From NCBI GenBank assembly GCA_963776345.1, contig CAVZMH010000016.1, forward strand, positions 800,001-864,000: 64,000 nt of DNA. The letters run 5' to 3'. The notes under the pieces are model-generated. The model worked only from the letters and a program-made list of their open reading frames with translations. It was not told where the DNA came from and made no database searches. Of the stretch, positions 1-9,762 are shown in pieces. Numbering within the stretch: the first letter of the stretch is position 1; every line of letters begins with the position of its first letter. This DNA comes from an uncultured delta proteobacterium (GTDB taxonomy: Bacteria; Myxococcota; Myxococcia; Myxococcales; Myxococcaceae). The position numbers were made by a program, and so were the translations under genes.

Positions 1-422
1 GCGCTCCTCGACACCACGGCGCTGGTTCACGAGTGGTTCGTCCGCTTCGCCCGGAGTCCGGGGCCTGAAGATCGACGACCGGCGGCACTTCATGCGCTAC
101 GCAGCGCGGGCGATGCGGTCGATCATCGTCGACTTCGCCCGCGAGCGGAGCGCGGCTCGCCGGGGAGGCGGGGGCGAAGGCGGCCAGCTCCTCGCCGCCG
201 CCGACGGTCAGCCGGAGCGCAGGCCGGAGGAGATCCTCAACGTCCACCGGGCGCTGGAGGAGCTCTCGGCCCGCGACGCGCGCATGGCGGAGGTGGTGGA
301 GCTCCGGTACTTCGGCGGCCTCTCCGACCCGGAGGTCGCCGAGGCGCTGGGAGTCACCGACCGCACGGTGCGCCGCGACTGGGAGAAGGCGCGTCTCTGG
401 CTCGTCCCAGGCTCTGAGGTGA
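1..422 (+). CDS. ECF sigma factor, ECF43/TIGR02999-like (5' partial; apparent indels near 61 and 405)
   Basis: Frame 1 reads LLDTTALVHEWFVRF. After a shift in the G run at ~60-63 it reads LKIDDRRHFMRYAARAMRSIIVDFAR...VELRYFGGLS..EVAEALGVTDRTVRRDWEKARLWL. Removing one C at ~406-408 gives LVQALR-TGA(420-422). Confidence 0.85.
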
Positions 423-427
423 CCGGC

Positions 428-3298
428 GTGCAGTCCGGGCCCCTCGACCCCGAGGCGTGGACGGCGGTCAACCGGCTGCTCGACCAGGCCCTGGACCTGC
501 CGGAGGCGGAGCGCGAGACGTGGCTCCAGGGACTCGGGCCGGAGCATCGACCGCACCTCGACCTGCTCCGGGACCTGCTCGCCCGCGACGCCCGGGCCTC
601 CCCCCTCGATGCGCTCCCCTTCGTGGGCGGCGCCGAGCCGACTCGCTTCGCGCCCGGAGCGCGCGTCGGCCCGTACCACCTCGTCCGCCCGCTCGGAGAG
701 GGCGGGATGGGCGCCGTGTGGCTGGCCGAACGGACCGACGTGATGACCCGCCGTCCGGTCGCGCTCAAGCTCCCCCACACGACGTGGCGAGGCCGCGCGC
801 TGGCCGAGCGACTCGCGCGGGAGCGGGAGATCCTCGCCACGCTCAGCCATCCTCACATCGCCCGGCTCCTGGACGCGGGCATCGGCGAGGACGGCCAGCC
901 CTACCTCGCGCTGGAGCTGGTGGAGGGGCAGCCGATCGACGCCTACGTGCGCGAGCGGCGGAGCCCGCTGCCGGAGAGGCTCGAGCTGTTCCTCCAGGTC
1001 TGCGACGCGGTGGCCCACGCCCACGGGAGGCTGGTCGTCCACCGGGACCTCAAGCCGTCCAACATCCTGGTCACCGCCGACGGCCAGGTCCGTCTGCTCG
1101 ACTTCGGCATCGCCAAGCTCCTCGAGGGTCCCGTCGCCCTGGAGACCGAGCTGACGGAGACCGCGGGCCGGGCGCTGACGCCGAACTACGCCTCGCCCGA
1201 GCAGCTGGCCGGTGAGCCGGTCGGGGTGGCGAGCGACGTCTACTCGCTGGGGGTCGTCCTCTACCAGCTGCTCACCGAGCGGCTGCCCTACCAGCTCCGC
1301 CGGGAGCCGCATCGCCCCCTCTCCGACGCCCTGGAGACGGTCCAGGTGACCCGGCCGAGCGAGGCGGCGCCGGACGCGGCAATGCGGCGGGCGCTGCGGG
1401 GCGACCTGGACACGGTCGTCGGCAAGGCGCTCAAGCGACGAACCGAGGAGCGGTACGCGACGGCGAACGCCCTGGCCGAGGACATCCGCCGGCACCTCAC
1501 CGGCCGTCCGGTGGAGGCCCGCCCCGACAGCGCGCTCTACCGGCTCGGGAAGGCGATCCGGCGGCACCGGGCGGCCGCCGTCGCCGCAGCCCTCGTGGCG
1601 GTCTCCGTCCTGGGCGGGGCAGCCGCGGCGTTGTGGCAAGCCCGCGTGGCGAGGGCCGAGACACGGCGGGCCGAGGAGGTGAAGCAGTTCATCACCGACA
1701 TCTTCCAGGAGGCCGACCCGTACGCGCGGCAGGGGAGGTCGCTGTCGGGGGTGGAGCTCCTCAAGCTGGCCCGTGCTCGCCTGGGCCGCCTCGACGACGC
1801 CCGGCCGGCGCTCCGGGTGGAGCTCCTGAACGTCCTCGGCTCCAGCCTGCTCGGCCTGGGGGACACCGACGCCGCCGAGGAGGTGTCGCGGGAGGCGCTG
1901 GCGGCGGCGGGTCGCCGGCTCGCCCCGGAGGACCCGCAGACGCTCCGGGCGCGACTGCTCTCCACCGACGTGCACCTGGTCCGCGGGCGCGCAGCCGAGC
2001 TGGAGGCCGAGCTCCGCTCGCTGCTTCCGCTCCTCCGGAAGCACGCCCGCGAGCAGCCGGAGGACCTGGTGCACGGGATGGAGAACGAGGCGCACCTGGC
2101 CATCGAGCAGGACCGGGGCGCCGACGCGGTGAGGGACGCCAGCGCGGCGCTCGAGCTGGCGCGGAGGACGCTCGGAGACGCGCACCCGCGAACCGTGGCC
2201 GTCGCCGCGCTGCGCGCCGAGGCCAGCCAGTACGACCCGGTGCCGCCGCGAGAGGCACTCGTCGCGGCGGAGGAGGGGCTGCGCTTCGTGACCTCGACGT
2301 ACCGGGACCAGCCCACCCATCCGCGGATCATCCATGCCCGCGAGGTCCATGCCCGCTCCCTCTCCCAGGCCGGGCTCGCCGACCGAGCACTGGAGGAGTG
2401 GGGGCACGCCCTGGCCGACGCGCGCGCGGTGCTCGGCCCAACCAGCCGCGCGGTGGGGATGATCGCCGCCAACATGGTGCCCGGCCAGCGCCGGCTGGGG
2501 TACCTCCGGGAGGCCCTGGAGAACGCCACCCTGGGGGTGGAGATCGAGCGCCGGGAGCTCAGCGCCGACTCCCGGAGCTGGGGGGTGGCGCTCACCAGGC
2601 GGGGGGTGACCTTTCTCGCCATGCGAAAGGGCAAGGAGGCGCTGGAGGACCTCTCCACGGCCACCTCCGTCCTGAGCAAGTCCTTCGGGGCCGAGAACGG
2701 AGATGCGCTGACCGCACGGATGAACCGGGCGCTGGCGCTGGCGTACGTCGGTCGGCCAGGGGAGGCGCGAGCGGAGGCGGCAACCACGCTCGCGCTGTAC
2801 GAGAAGACGATGCCGCAGTGGCTGCTCTACGGACATCTGGTCTCGGGGACGATCGAGCGCCTCGCCGGGGCTCCGGACCGAGCGAAGGAGCACCTCGAGA
2901 CGGCGCTCCGGCTGGTCCGGGACGACGGCCTCAAGGACTGGAATCGACTGCGGGTGCTGACCGAGCTCGCGCTGACCCAGCTCGACCTCGGCCAGCTCGG
3001 AGACGCCGGAGCGTCGCTCGGCGAGGCGGTCGCGCTCTCGGGCCAGCAGCAGCGGGTCGACTCGCCCATGCGCGCCGATCTCTGGATTGGCCAGGGGCGG
3101 CTGCTCCTCGCCCGCGGTCGTCCGGATGACGCGGCGACGGTGCTGGAACGAGCGGACGACTTCTGGCGGAGCTTCGATCCCACCAACCACTTCGCGATCG
3201 AGGCCCGCCGATGGCTGGCCCGGGCCCGGTCAGACAGCGGCGCGACCCCCAGCCGGCAGTCAGACCCGCCGCGCCGGCCTCGAGTTCCGGGCCGTTAG
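428..3298 (+). CDS. Membrane Hanks-type Ser/Thr protein kinase with C-terminal TPR-like helical repeats
   Basis: Motifs GEGGMGAVW, VALK, HRDLKPSN, DFG and YASPE; TM segment AAAVAAALVAVSVLGGAAAALW; helical repeats follow. GTG start at 428 is inferred; the ORF track fuses it to the sigma factor from 92. Confidence 0.9.
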   Translation: MQSGPLDPEAWTAVNRLLDQALDLPEAERETWLQGLGPEHRPHLDLLRDLLARDARASPLDALPFVGGAEPTRFAPGARVGPYHLVRPLGEGGMGAVWLAERTDVMTRRPVALKLPHTTWRGRALAERLAREREILATLSHPHIARLLDAGIGEDGQPYLALELVEGQPIDAYVRERRSPLPERLELFLQVCDAVAHAHGRLVVHRDLKPSNILVTADGQVRLLDFGIAKLLEGPVALETELTETAGRALTPNYASPEQLAGEPVGVASDVYSLGVVLYQLLTERLPYQLRREPHRPLSDALETVQVTRPSEAAPDAAMRRALRGDLDTVVGKALKRRTEERYATANALAEDIRRHLTGRPVEARPDSALYRLGKAIRRHRAAAVAAALVAVSVLGGAAAALWQARVARAETRRAEEVKQFITDIFQEADPYARQGRSLSGVELLKLARARLGRLDDARPALRVELLNVLGSSLLGLGDTDAAEEVSREALAAAGRRLAPEDPQTLRARLLSTDVHLVRGRAAELEAELRSLLPLLRKHAREQPEDLVHGMENEAHLAIEQDRGADAVRDASAALELARRTLGDAHPRTVAVAALRAEASQYDPVPPREALVAAEEGLRFVTSTYRDQPTHPRIIHAREVHARSLSQAGLADRALEEWGHALADARAVLGPTSRAVGMIAANMVPGQRRLGYLREALENATLGVEIERRELSADSRSWGVALTRRGVTFLAMRKGKEALEDLSTATSVLSKSFGAENGDALTARMNRALALAYVGRPGEARAEAATTLALYEKTMPQWLLYGHLVSGTIERLAGAPDRAKEHLETALRLVRDDGLKDWNRLRVLTELALTQLDLGQLGDAGASLGEAVALSGQQQRVDSPMRADLWIGQGRLLLARGRPDDAATVLERADDFWRSFDPTNHFAIEARRWLARARSDSGATPSRQSDPPRRPRVPGR

Positions 3299-3335
3299 GC
3301 CCCGCCCCAGGGGTCCGCGCCCCGGCGAGACCTCG

Positions 3336-3364
3336 TGTCCGGGTTTCGCCCTCGACTCCGTCTG
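3336..3364 (+). promoter_or_regulatory. Possible ECF-type promoter (TGTCCG...CGTCT) upstream of the lipoprotein
   Basis: TGTCCGG at 3336-3342 and CGTCTG at 3359-3364, ~50 nt before ATG 3411. A CGT-containing -10 is typical of ECF promoters. Confidence 0.3.
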
Positions 3365-3410
3365 TAGGGCGGATCGGAAGGGCCTCGTGCATCGGCCCGG
3401 GAGAGTAGCG

Positions 3411-6400
3411 ATGGAGTCTCGACGGCTCGGTGGATGGCCGGGGCTCGTGATGTTCCTGGCATTCGCCGCCTGCAGCGGCGGGGGCGGGGGCGGCGCCGGC
3501 CTGATCGGCCCCGGCGGAGGAACGGTGGACGGCCCCTCGGGCGCCCGGGTGGTGGTGCCGCCAGGAGCCCTGGCCACCCCGACGCCCATCGCCGTCTCGG
3601 AGTCGAGCTCCGGGGGACCGGCTCTGCCGGCGGGCGTGACCGCGCTGGGGGCGATGTTCGCCTTCACCCCACACGGGACCCACTTCGCGGTTCCGGCGAC
3701 GATCACCGTTCCCTTCGACGCGGCGAGCTTGCCCGCGGGCGCGACGCCGGTGCTTTACAAGACCGACGCGAGTCAGACCGGGTGGGAGGTCGTCGCGGGC
3801 GCACGCGTGAGCGGCGCCACCCTCGTCGGATCCGTCGGCGGATTCTCCTACGCGGTTGCCGCAGTCCCCACCGCGCTGTTCGCGCCCACCGAGAAGTCCT
3901 GGGAGATCAACCAGCGGGACTGGCACGCAGCGCCGCTCTCCCTGGATGGAGGCACGGTCGGTGAGCCCATCAGCGTGGACGAATACTTCGGCCCCGCCCC
4001 CAGCGTGCTCCCGTACAGCGGGAGCGGCCGGTACTACAATGCCTGGGTCCATTCCAACGACTCGGGGCGGACCTTCTGGACCGAGGCGGCCGCGCCGTTG
4101 CCGGACGCCGGGAGCGGGGCGAGGTGGACCTGGGTCCAGAGCCGGCTGACCCAGACCTTCTTCTTCGAGGCCACGCAGGACAGCCCGAGCCTGAGCTTCC
4201 TGATCACCGGCCTGTTCCTGGAGGTGATCGACCAGGGCGGTCAGGAACCCGGCCCCGCCATCTGTCCCTGGATCGACGACCCTCCGACGCCGGAGCAGCG
4301 CCAGGCCTGCGCCGAGATCATGACCGAGGCAGACGCGAGCTTCCGGCTCTTCGCCAGTGGCCTCGGTCAAGGCGACTTCACCTACGACATCGGAGGCGAG
4401 GTCTTCGTGCAGGGTCAGCACGACGACTGGATCAGCGATCTCCGGACGATCGGAGCCGAGCGCATGCTCTGGACCCATGCCGACTTCGTCTTCGACCCCG
4501 ATCTCGATGGTGACTCCAGCTTCCGCCATTTTCGATTGAAGCTGGCGGAGCCGAAGACCGTCGCCCTGCCCATCGCCCACCTGCACCGGGGCGACGTCTT
4601 CCTGGTCGAGGTGACCATCCAGACCCAGGCGAAGAACGCCATCCTCGGCGAGAGCTTCGTGGGGGCCTACCTCCGCGACCCGGTGGAAAGCGGAGCGCTC
4701 GAGCTCGTCACCGACGGGCTGAAGCAGATTCCCCCGCGCAGCGACATCCCCCGCTCGCTGCCTCCGTTGACCTGCGATGGAGGAGTGGACCCGGCGGCGG
4801 GCATGCTCCAGTTCAGCGCGGAGACGTTCGCGAGTCCCGAGGGGCCGACCCCGGGCGCCGTGCTGATCGAGCGCACCGGCGGCTCTTCGGGGCCGGTGAG
4901 CGTCCGGCTGCAGACCCTGGATGGGAGCGCCCTGGCGGGAAGTGACTACCAGCCGGTGTCCACCGAGGTCCGGTTCGCCGACGGAGAGGTGGGCCCGCAG
5001 CGGGTCGAGATCCGCTTCCTCGACGACGACATGCCCGAGCCGAACGAGACCCTGACCGTCACCCTCTCGGAGATCGGCGGGTGCGCTCGGCTCGGGCCAC
5101 GCTCCACCGCCACCGTGACCGTCCTCGACGACGACCAGCTGCCTCCCCCGGCGCCCACCTACAGCGTCGGTGGCAACGTCACCGGGCTCCTCGGCACGGG
5201 CCTGGTGCTCGGTGACGTGTACGGAGCGGGGCGGCTCACGGTTGCTGGCGACGGCGCCTTCACCCTGCCCATGCCGGTGGTCGACGGCTCACCGTACGAC
5301 GTCCGGGTCGAGACCCAGCCCTCCAGCCCGACGCAGGAGTGCACGGTGACTCATGGCGCCGGACAGGTCGCCGGTGCGAACGTGACCGACGTCGCCGTGA
5401 CCTGCTCCTCGCCGCTTCCGGGTGGGGGCCTGGACCCGGGCTTCGGGAGCGACGGCCGTGCCGTCACCAGCGTGAGCTACGCCCCGGGGGTCACCGGGGC
5501 CCGGATCGGCCTGGCGCTGCAGGCCGACGGGCGGATCCTGCTGGTGGGAGGCCTGAATCTGCTCCGGTTCAACGCAGACGGGACGCTCGACCAGAGCTTC
5601 GGGACCGGGGGACAGGTCCATGTGCCCTTCGACGCGAGCGGGGCCGATACCGCGCAGGACGTCGCGGTCCAGGGCGACGGGAAGATCGTCGTGGTCGGAT
5701 TCAGCGGCACCGGAGTGCAGCAGGACTTCGCGCTCGCGCGCTTCAATCCGGACGGGACGATCGACACCGGCTTCGGGACCGGAGGGAAGACCCTCACCGA
5801 CTTCCTGGGAAGCACCGATCGGGCGCGCCGAGTCCTCCTGCAGGCGGATGGGAAGATCCTCGTCGCTGGCTTTGCAACGTTCGTCGCCTCGCCTGGCCTG
5901 GCGTCCGTGGGTTTCGCGCTGGCCAGGTACAACCCGGACGGGAGCCTGGACACGGGCTTCGGCGTGGCCGGGAAGGTCCGTGACTCGGTGGCCGGGGAAT
6001 ACGACCTGGCCCAGAGTCTCGCGCTCGATCCGGACGGAAGAATCGTCCTGGCCGGGAGCGCGGCAAACGACGGGGTCAGCAACCCGGACGTTGGACTCAT
6101 TCGCTACTGGGGCGACACCGGGCCACGCCTTCCTGGCTGGAAGGACACGACCTTCGGACCGCTCGGGACGGGCCTCCTCCAGACCGATCTTCAGCTGGCG
6201 ACCGGCTGGGAGGAGGCCGATGACGTGGCCATCCTGGCAGACGGCACCATCGCCCTCGCCGGCCGCGTCACGGTCGGGGCGACCACGGGAGGGAGAGAGT
6301 TCGCCTTCGTGCTCGGGCGCTGCGACAAGGACGGGTTCGGGTGCCAGGGCCTGCTCACCCTGTTCACCGCCGAGTCGGACAGCGCCCGCTCCATGGCGGT

Positions 6401-6665
6401 CCAGGCGGACGGGAAGATCGTCGTCGTGGGCCAGGCCGGCAGCCTGGGGAGCAATCCGGACTGGGCCATCGTCCGGTACAGCGCGGATGGGCTCGGGTAC
6501 GACACCAGCTTCGGAACGGACGGGAAGCTCACCGTCGACTTCTTCGGGGGCATCGACGGGGCCGAGGCCGTGGTTCAGCAGCCGGACGGGAAGCTGGTGA
6601 TCGGCGGGTTCGCCCGGTCGGGAGGAATCGCGGTGCTCGCCCTCGCACGGTTGAATCCGTCATGA
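3411..6665 (+). CDS. Large lipoprotein: ZU5-like domain, unknown domain, Calx-beta, beta-sandwich module and delta-60 (DUF5122-like) repeats
   Basis: Lipobox FLAFAA-C-SGGGG; ZU5-like GPGGGTV..VVVPPGAL..FTPHGTHF; Calx-beta QFSAETF..ERTGGSSG..GSDY..FADGE..DDDMPEPNETLTVTL; repeated LQADGKI/DGTLDxxFGxGG units. Confidence 0.85.
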   Translation: MESRRLGGWPGLVMFLAFAACSGGGGGGAGLIGPGGGTVDGPSGARVVVPPGALATPTPIAVSESSSGGPALPAGVTALGAMFAFTPHGTHFAVPATITVPFDAASLPAGATPVLYKTDASQTGWEVVAGARVSGATLVGSVGGFSYAVAAVPTALFAPTEKSWEINQRDWHAAPLSLDGGTVGEPISVDEYFGPAPSVLPYSGSGRYYNAWVHSNDSGRTFWTEAAAPLPDAGSGARWTWVQSRLTQTFFFEATQDSPSLSFLITGLFLEVIDQGGQEPGPAICPWIDDPPTPEQRQACAEIMTEADASFRLFASGLGQGDFTYDIGGEVFVQGQHDDWISDLRTIGAERMLWTHADFVFDPDLDGDSSFRHFRLKLAEPKTVALPIAHLHRGDVFLVEVTIQTQAKNAILGESFVGAYLRDPVESGALELVTDGLKQIPPRSDIPRSLPPLTCDGGVDPAAGMLQFSAETFASPEGPTPGAVLIERTGGSSGPVSVRLQTLDGSALAGSDYQPVSTEVRFADGEVGPQRVEIRFLDDDMPEPNETLTVTLSEIGGCARLGPRSTATVTVLDDDQLPPPAPTYSVGGNVTGLLGTGLVLGDVYGAGRLTVAGDGAFTLPMPVVDGSPYDVRVETQPSSPTQECTVTHGAGQVAGANVTDVAVTCSSPLPGGGLDPGFGSDGRAVTSVSYAPGVTGARIGLALQADGRILLVGGLNLLRFNADGTLDQSFGTGGQVHVPFDASGADTAQDVAVQGDGKIVVVGFSGTGVQQDFALARFNPDGTIDTGFGTGGKTLTDFLGSTDRARRVLLQADGKILVAGFATFVASPGLASVGFALARYNPDGSLDTGFGVAGKVRDSVAGEYDLAQSLALDPDGRIVLAGSAANDGVSNPDVGLIRYWGDTGPRLPGWKDTTFGPLGTGLLQTDLQLATGWEEADDVAILADGTIALAGRVTVGATTGGREFAFVLGRCDKDGFGCQGLLTLFTAESDSARSMAVQADGKIVVVGQAGSLGSNPDWAIVRYSADGLGYDTSFGTDGKLTVDFFGGIDGAEAVVQQPDGKLVIGGFARSGGIAVLALARLNPS

Positions 6666-6765
6666 CGGCCCGGAGCGTGAGAGGCGGGTCGAGCCGTCGA
6701 GATGTCCTGGCCGAGGCGAGACCGCCCGACCTCGCCTTCCTTCCGGCTGCTGCGGGACGGCGCCG

Positions 6766-7185
6766 CTAGTAGTGGAACCGGACGTCCAGCTTCACGTCCG
6801 GGTGGAGGCTGCGGGCCACCGGGCAGGTGTGCGCGATCTGCTCCATCCGCTCGCGCTTGTCGGCCGGGAGCTCGGAAGGCATCCACAGCTCCACCACCAG
6901 CGTCCCGATGCGCCGCGGGGAGGGATGCATGTGCTTCTCCACCCGGCCCCGTGTCTTCCCCCAGGGGACGCTCTCCCGCCTCGCCCAGATGGCCATGGTG
7001 GTCATCATGCAGTCGAGCAGGCCGGTGGCGACCAAATCCGTGGGCGAGAAGCCCGAGGCGTCGCCGCCGTTGTCCTTCGGAGCGTCGGTGACGAAGGAAG
7101 CCCCGCTCGGACCGTGGGTCATTCGGACGTGCAACCCGCCGACGGACTCGGCGGTGATCTCGACGAAGTGCGGCTGCTCGGACAT
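6766..7185 (-). CDS. OsmC/YhfA-like family protein
   Basis: TDAPKDNGG..FSPTDLVATGLLDCMMTTM and AHTCPVARSLHP (two conserved Cys). Confidence 0.9.
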   Translation of the reverse strand: MSEQPHFVEITAESVGGLHVRMTHGPSGASFVTDAPKDNGGDASGFSPTDLVATGLLDCMMTTMAIWARRESVPWGKTRGRVEKHMHPSPRRIGTLVVELWMPSELPADKRERMEQIAHTCPVARSLHPDVKLDVRFHY

Positions 7186-7289
7186 CGATGACCTCCGGTG
7201 GAGTGCGCAGGGTAACGCCGGGCGGTGCGACGCTTCACGGGGTTCCTCTCGCTGGACACGCGACTGCTCGCGTCACGACACCAGGGGCC

Positions 7290-8193
7290 CGGACCCCGCT
7301 GCTGCGTGCGCGGGGCGTCCTCGAGGAGGAGGCCTTGCCGGACGGAGCGCTCGATGTCCTGCAGCTCGAGGGCATCCAGGTGCCACGGGGTGGGCCCCGT
7401 CTTCCCGCTCGCCGTCCGGGCCGCCGGAGCGCCTTCGTCGAGGGCTTCTCTCTCCACGCCGACACCTGGCTCCACGAGAATGACGTCACGGGCCTCGAGC
7501 AACTCTGCAACTACGGCGCACGCGGGCCACTCTCCCTCGAGCGGCTGTCCGCCCTGCCCGACGGACGGCTCGCTTACCGGATGAAGCGGCCCTCTCCCAA
7601 GGGGCAGACGCACCTCGTCCTCGCCCCGGTGGCCTTCCTCCGCAGGCTGGCCGCGCTCGTCCCGCCGCCCAGGGCCAACCTCGTCCGCTACTTCGGCGTC
7701 TTCGCCCCCAATGCCCGGGTGCGGCCCCGCGTCGTCCCCGCGCCTGCGCCGCTACCACAGGCACCTCTCTGCCCGGTGGCACCCGAGCCCATCCGCCCGC
7801 GGCAGCCCCGCCGCCCCATCCCCTGGGCCGAGCTCCTCCGGCGAACCTTCCAGACCGACGTCCTCACCTGCACCCGCTGCGGGGGCAGGCGCCGCGTCGT
7901 CGCCGTCGTCCTTCGCTCCACCACCGCCCAGGCCATCCTCGAGCACCTGCGGCTCCCTTCCAGGCCCCTCCCTCTCGCCCCGGCCACCTCCCCGCCCCAG
8001 CTCGGCTTCTGGTGAGTGCCGTCCGAGGTTCGAGACTCACCCCCCGCCTGACGACGGGCCACGGACTGCTCTACCCTCGGCAGCGGTGAGCACCTCCGCC
8101 CACGCCTACGGGCACCGTCGCTCTGCCCCTCGCAGGCCGAAGCCCCACGCCCCTACCCATGCCTCGGTTCGAAAACCCGGGTTGTTCTTCCTT
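7290..8193 (+). mobile_element. IS91/ISCR-family (Y2 rolling-circle) transposase, 5'-truncated (stop at 8015), with a putative oriIS-like end
   Basis: GFSLHA..LEQLCNYGARGPLSLERL..LRRLAALVPPPRANLVRYFGVFAPN..WAELLRRTF..CTRCGG. The N-terminal zinc finger and HUH part is absent. GTTGTTCTTCCT at ~8181-8192 resembles ISCR oriIS ends. Left boundary approximate. Confidence 0.8.
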
Positions 8194-8230
8194 GGATCAG
8201 AAGAAGCAGACACCGAAGAAGTAGCGGTCT

Positions 8231-8307
8231 TGGGGAATCAGTCTAACGGCAGGACGGCCAGATGTCTGGATCTGGCTGCTCGAGGTTCGAATCCTGAACC
8301 CCCGAGA
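8231..8307 (+). pseudogene. Degenerate tRNA-Gln(CTG)-like sequence
   Basis: TGGGGAAT start, D arm GTC-TAACGGCAG-GAC, anticodon stem GCCAGA/TCTGGC with loop TGTCTGGA, T loop GGTTCGAATCC. T stem and acceptor stem are mismatched; no CCA. Confidence 0.65.
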
Positions 8308-8379
8308 CTATCCGGGCCATCGCTGAGTCGCGTCGGCGTCGGTGCTTCGACGACTGACGCGGCGTGGAACTTCAGCAAT

Positions 8380-9493
8380 CTGCCGGAAGAGGCTCCTCGT
8401 GCTTCGCCATGGGAAGGCCGCTAGTGCTTCGGAGCGCTTGGCGGGACAACGCTCGGTCTGACGTCGAAGAGGTCGAGGATTGGCGCGACCGATTCATCCT
8501 GTCCGCGAGAACGCGCTTCGAGCGCGGCTCGAGGTCGACGAAGCGCTCGGCGGGCAGATTCGGAAGCTGAAGCAGAAGGTCGGCGAGCTGGTGCTCGAGA
8601 ACGACGTTCTGCGGGAGGCGACCAAGGACCGCCCTTTAGTGCCGAAGACCCGGACGAGTGAGGGCGGCGATGCTGAACTCTCGGAGCGTCGCGAGTCGCT
8701 TCCTCCACGTGGCGAGGTCACGACCGCGTCGGCCGGCGCGGTCAGCTCAGCTGATGCTCGACGAGCTTCTGGTTGGGCGCATCAAGTCGCTCATCCACGA
8801 GCACCCGACATTCGGTTACCGGCGCGTCTGGGCCATGCTGCGCTTCCGCCAGGGCGTTCGCGTCAACCGGAAGACTGTCTACCGAGTGCTGGAGCAGAAG
8901 CGCTGGTTTGTTCATCAGCGCACCTGGACGCCCCGGCCGCGCGTGCATGGGAGACGGAGCGAGGCCGAGCAGAGCAACGAGCGCTGGGCGATGGACATGA
9001 CGCACGTGCCTTGTGGCCGCGACGGCTGGGCTCACTTGGCAGCCGTCATCGACTGCCACGACCGGGAAATCATCGGCTACGAGTTTGCCCTCCGTGGGCG
9101 CGCCAAGGAGGCGGAGCGGGCCATAGGACGCTGCACGCTCGCTTCGGTACGCTGCGTCCCGAGGGACAGACTCCGTTGCTCCGGAGCGACAACGATCTCA
9201 TCTTCCAGAACCGGCGCTTCCGGGCCGCATGCCGCGACTACCGGCTTCGGCAGGAATTCATCACGCTCTACACGCCAGAGCAGAACGGGCTGGTCGAACG
9301 CTTCGTTCGCAGCCTCAAGGAGGAGTGCGTCTGGCAGCGGAACTTCGAGAACTTCGGCGAGGCGCGTCTCGCCATCGCGCGCTGGATCCACTGGTACAAC
9401 GCCGGCCGCCCGCACCAGGCGCTCGGCTACAGGAGCCCGAGGGAATACCGAGCAGAAGTCTCACGTGTGGCTTGATCTCGGGGGAGCACTACA
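8380..9493 (+). mobile_element. IS3-family element, degenerate (orfA decayed, orfB frameshifted near 9125-9135)
   Basis: orfA remnants EVEDWRDRF and QIRKLKQKVGELVLENDVLRE. orfB has FGYRR, VNRKTVYRV, WAMDMT, RSDN, PEQNGLVERF.RSLKEE, YN..RPH.ALGY.SP (stop 9475). Right end ...GGGGGAGCACTACA ends at 9493; left IR not found, so the left boundary is approximate. Confidence 0.88.
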
Positions 9494-9762
9494 CTGCTCC
9501 CCAACAAGCCTACAGCGTCAATGGCGACGCCTCTTGAGCGTATCGGCTCCGTCACACCAACGGATCCGATTCTCGAGATCGTTCGGGCTTTCCAGCAGCA
9601 GTGACTTCAGAGAGCTCTCTTCTGACGATCCTCTTTCCCACCCTGCACCGCTCAGCCGCTCAGCCGTACCCGTTCGACGAAGGCCGTGCTGACGGTGCCG
9701 GATGCGGCTGCTACACCGCCGCGCGATGCTGCTCGAGCGCGCCCAGCGAGATCTGGCGGAAG

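Noticed and set aside
8026..8180. GGTTCGA motifs at ~8027 and ~8166 as extra tRNA fragments or att duplications
   Set aside because: Only 7-nt matches without a T stem, acceptor stem or extended identity to the 8231-8307 sequence.
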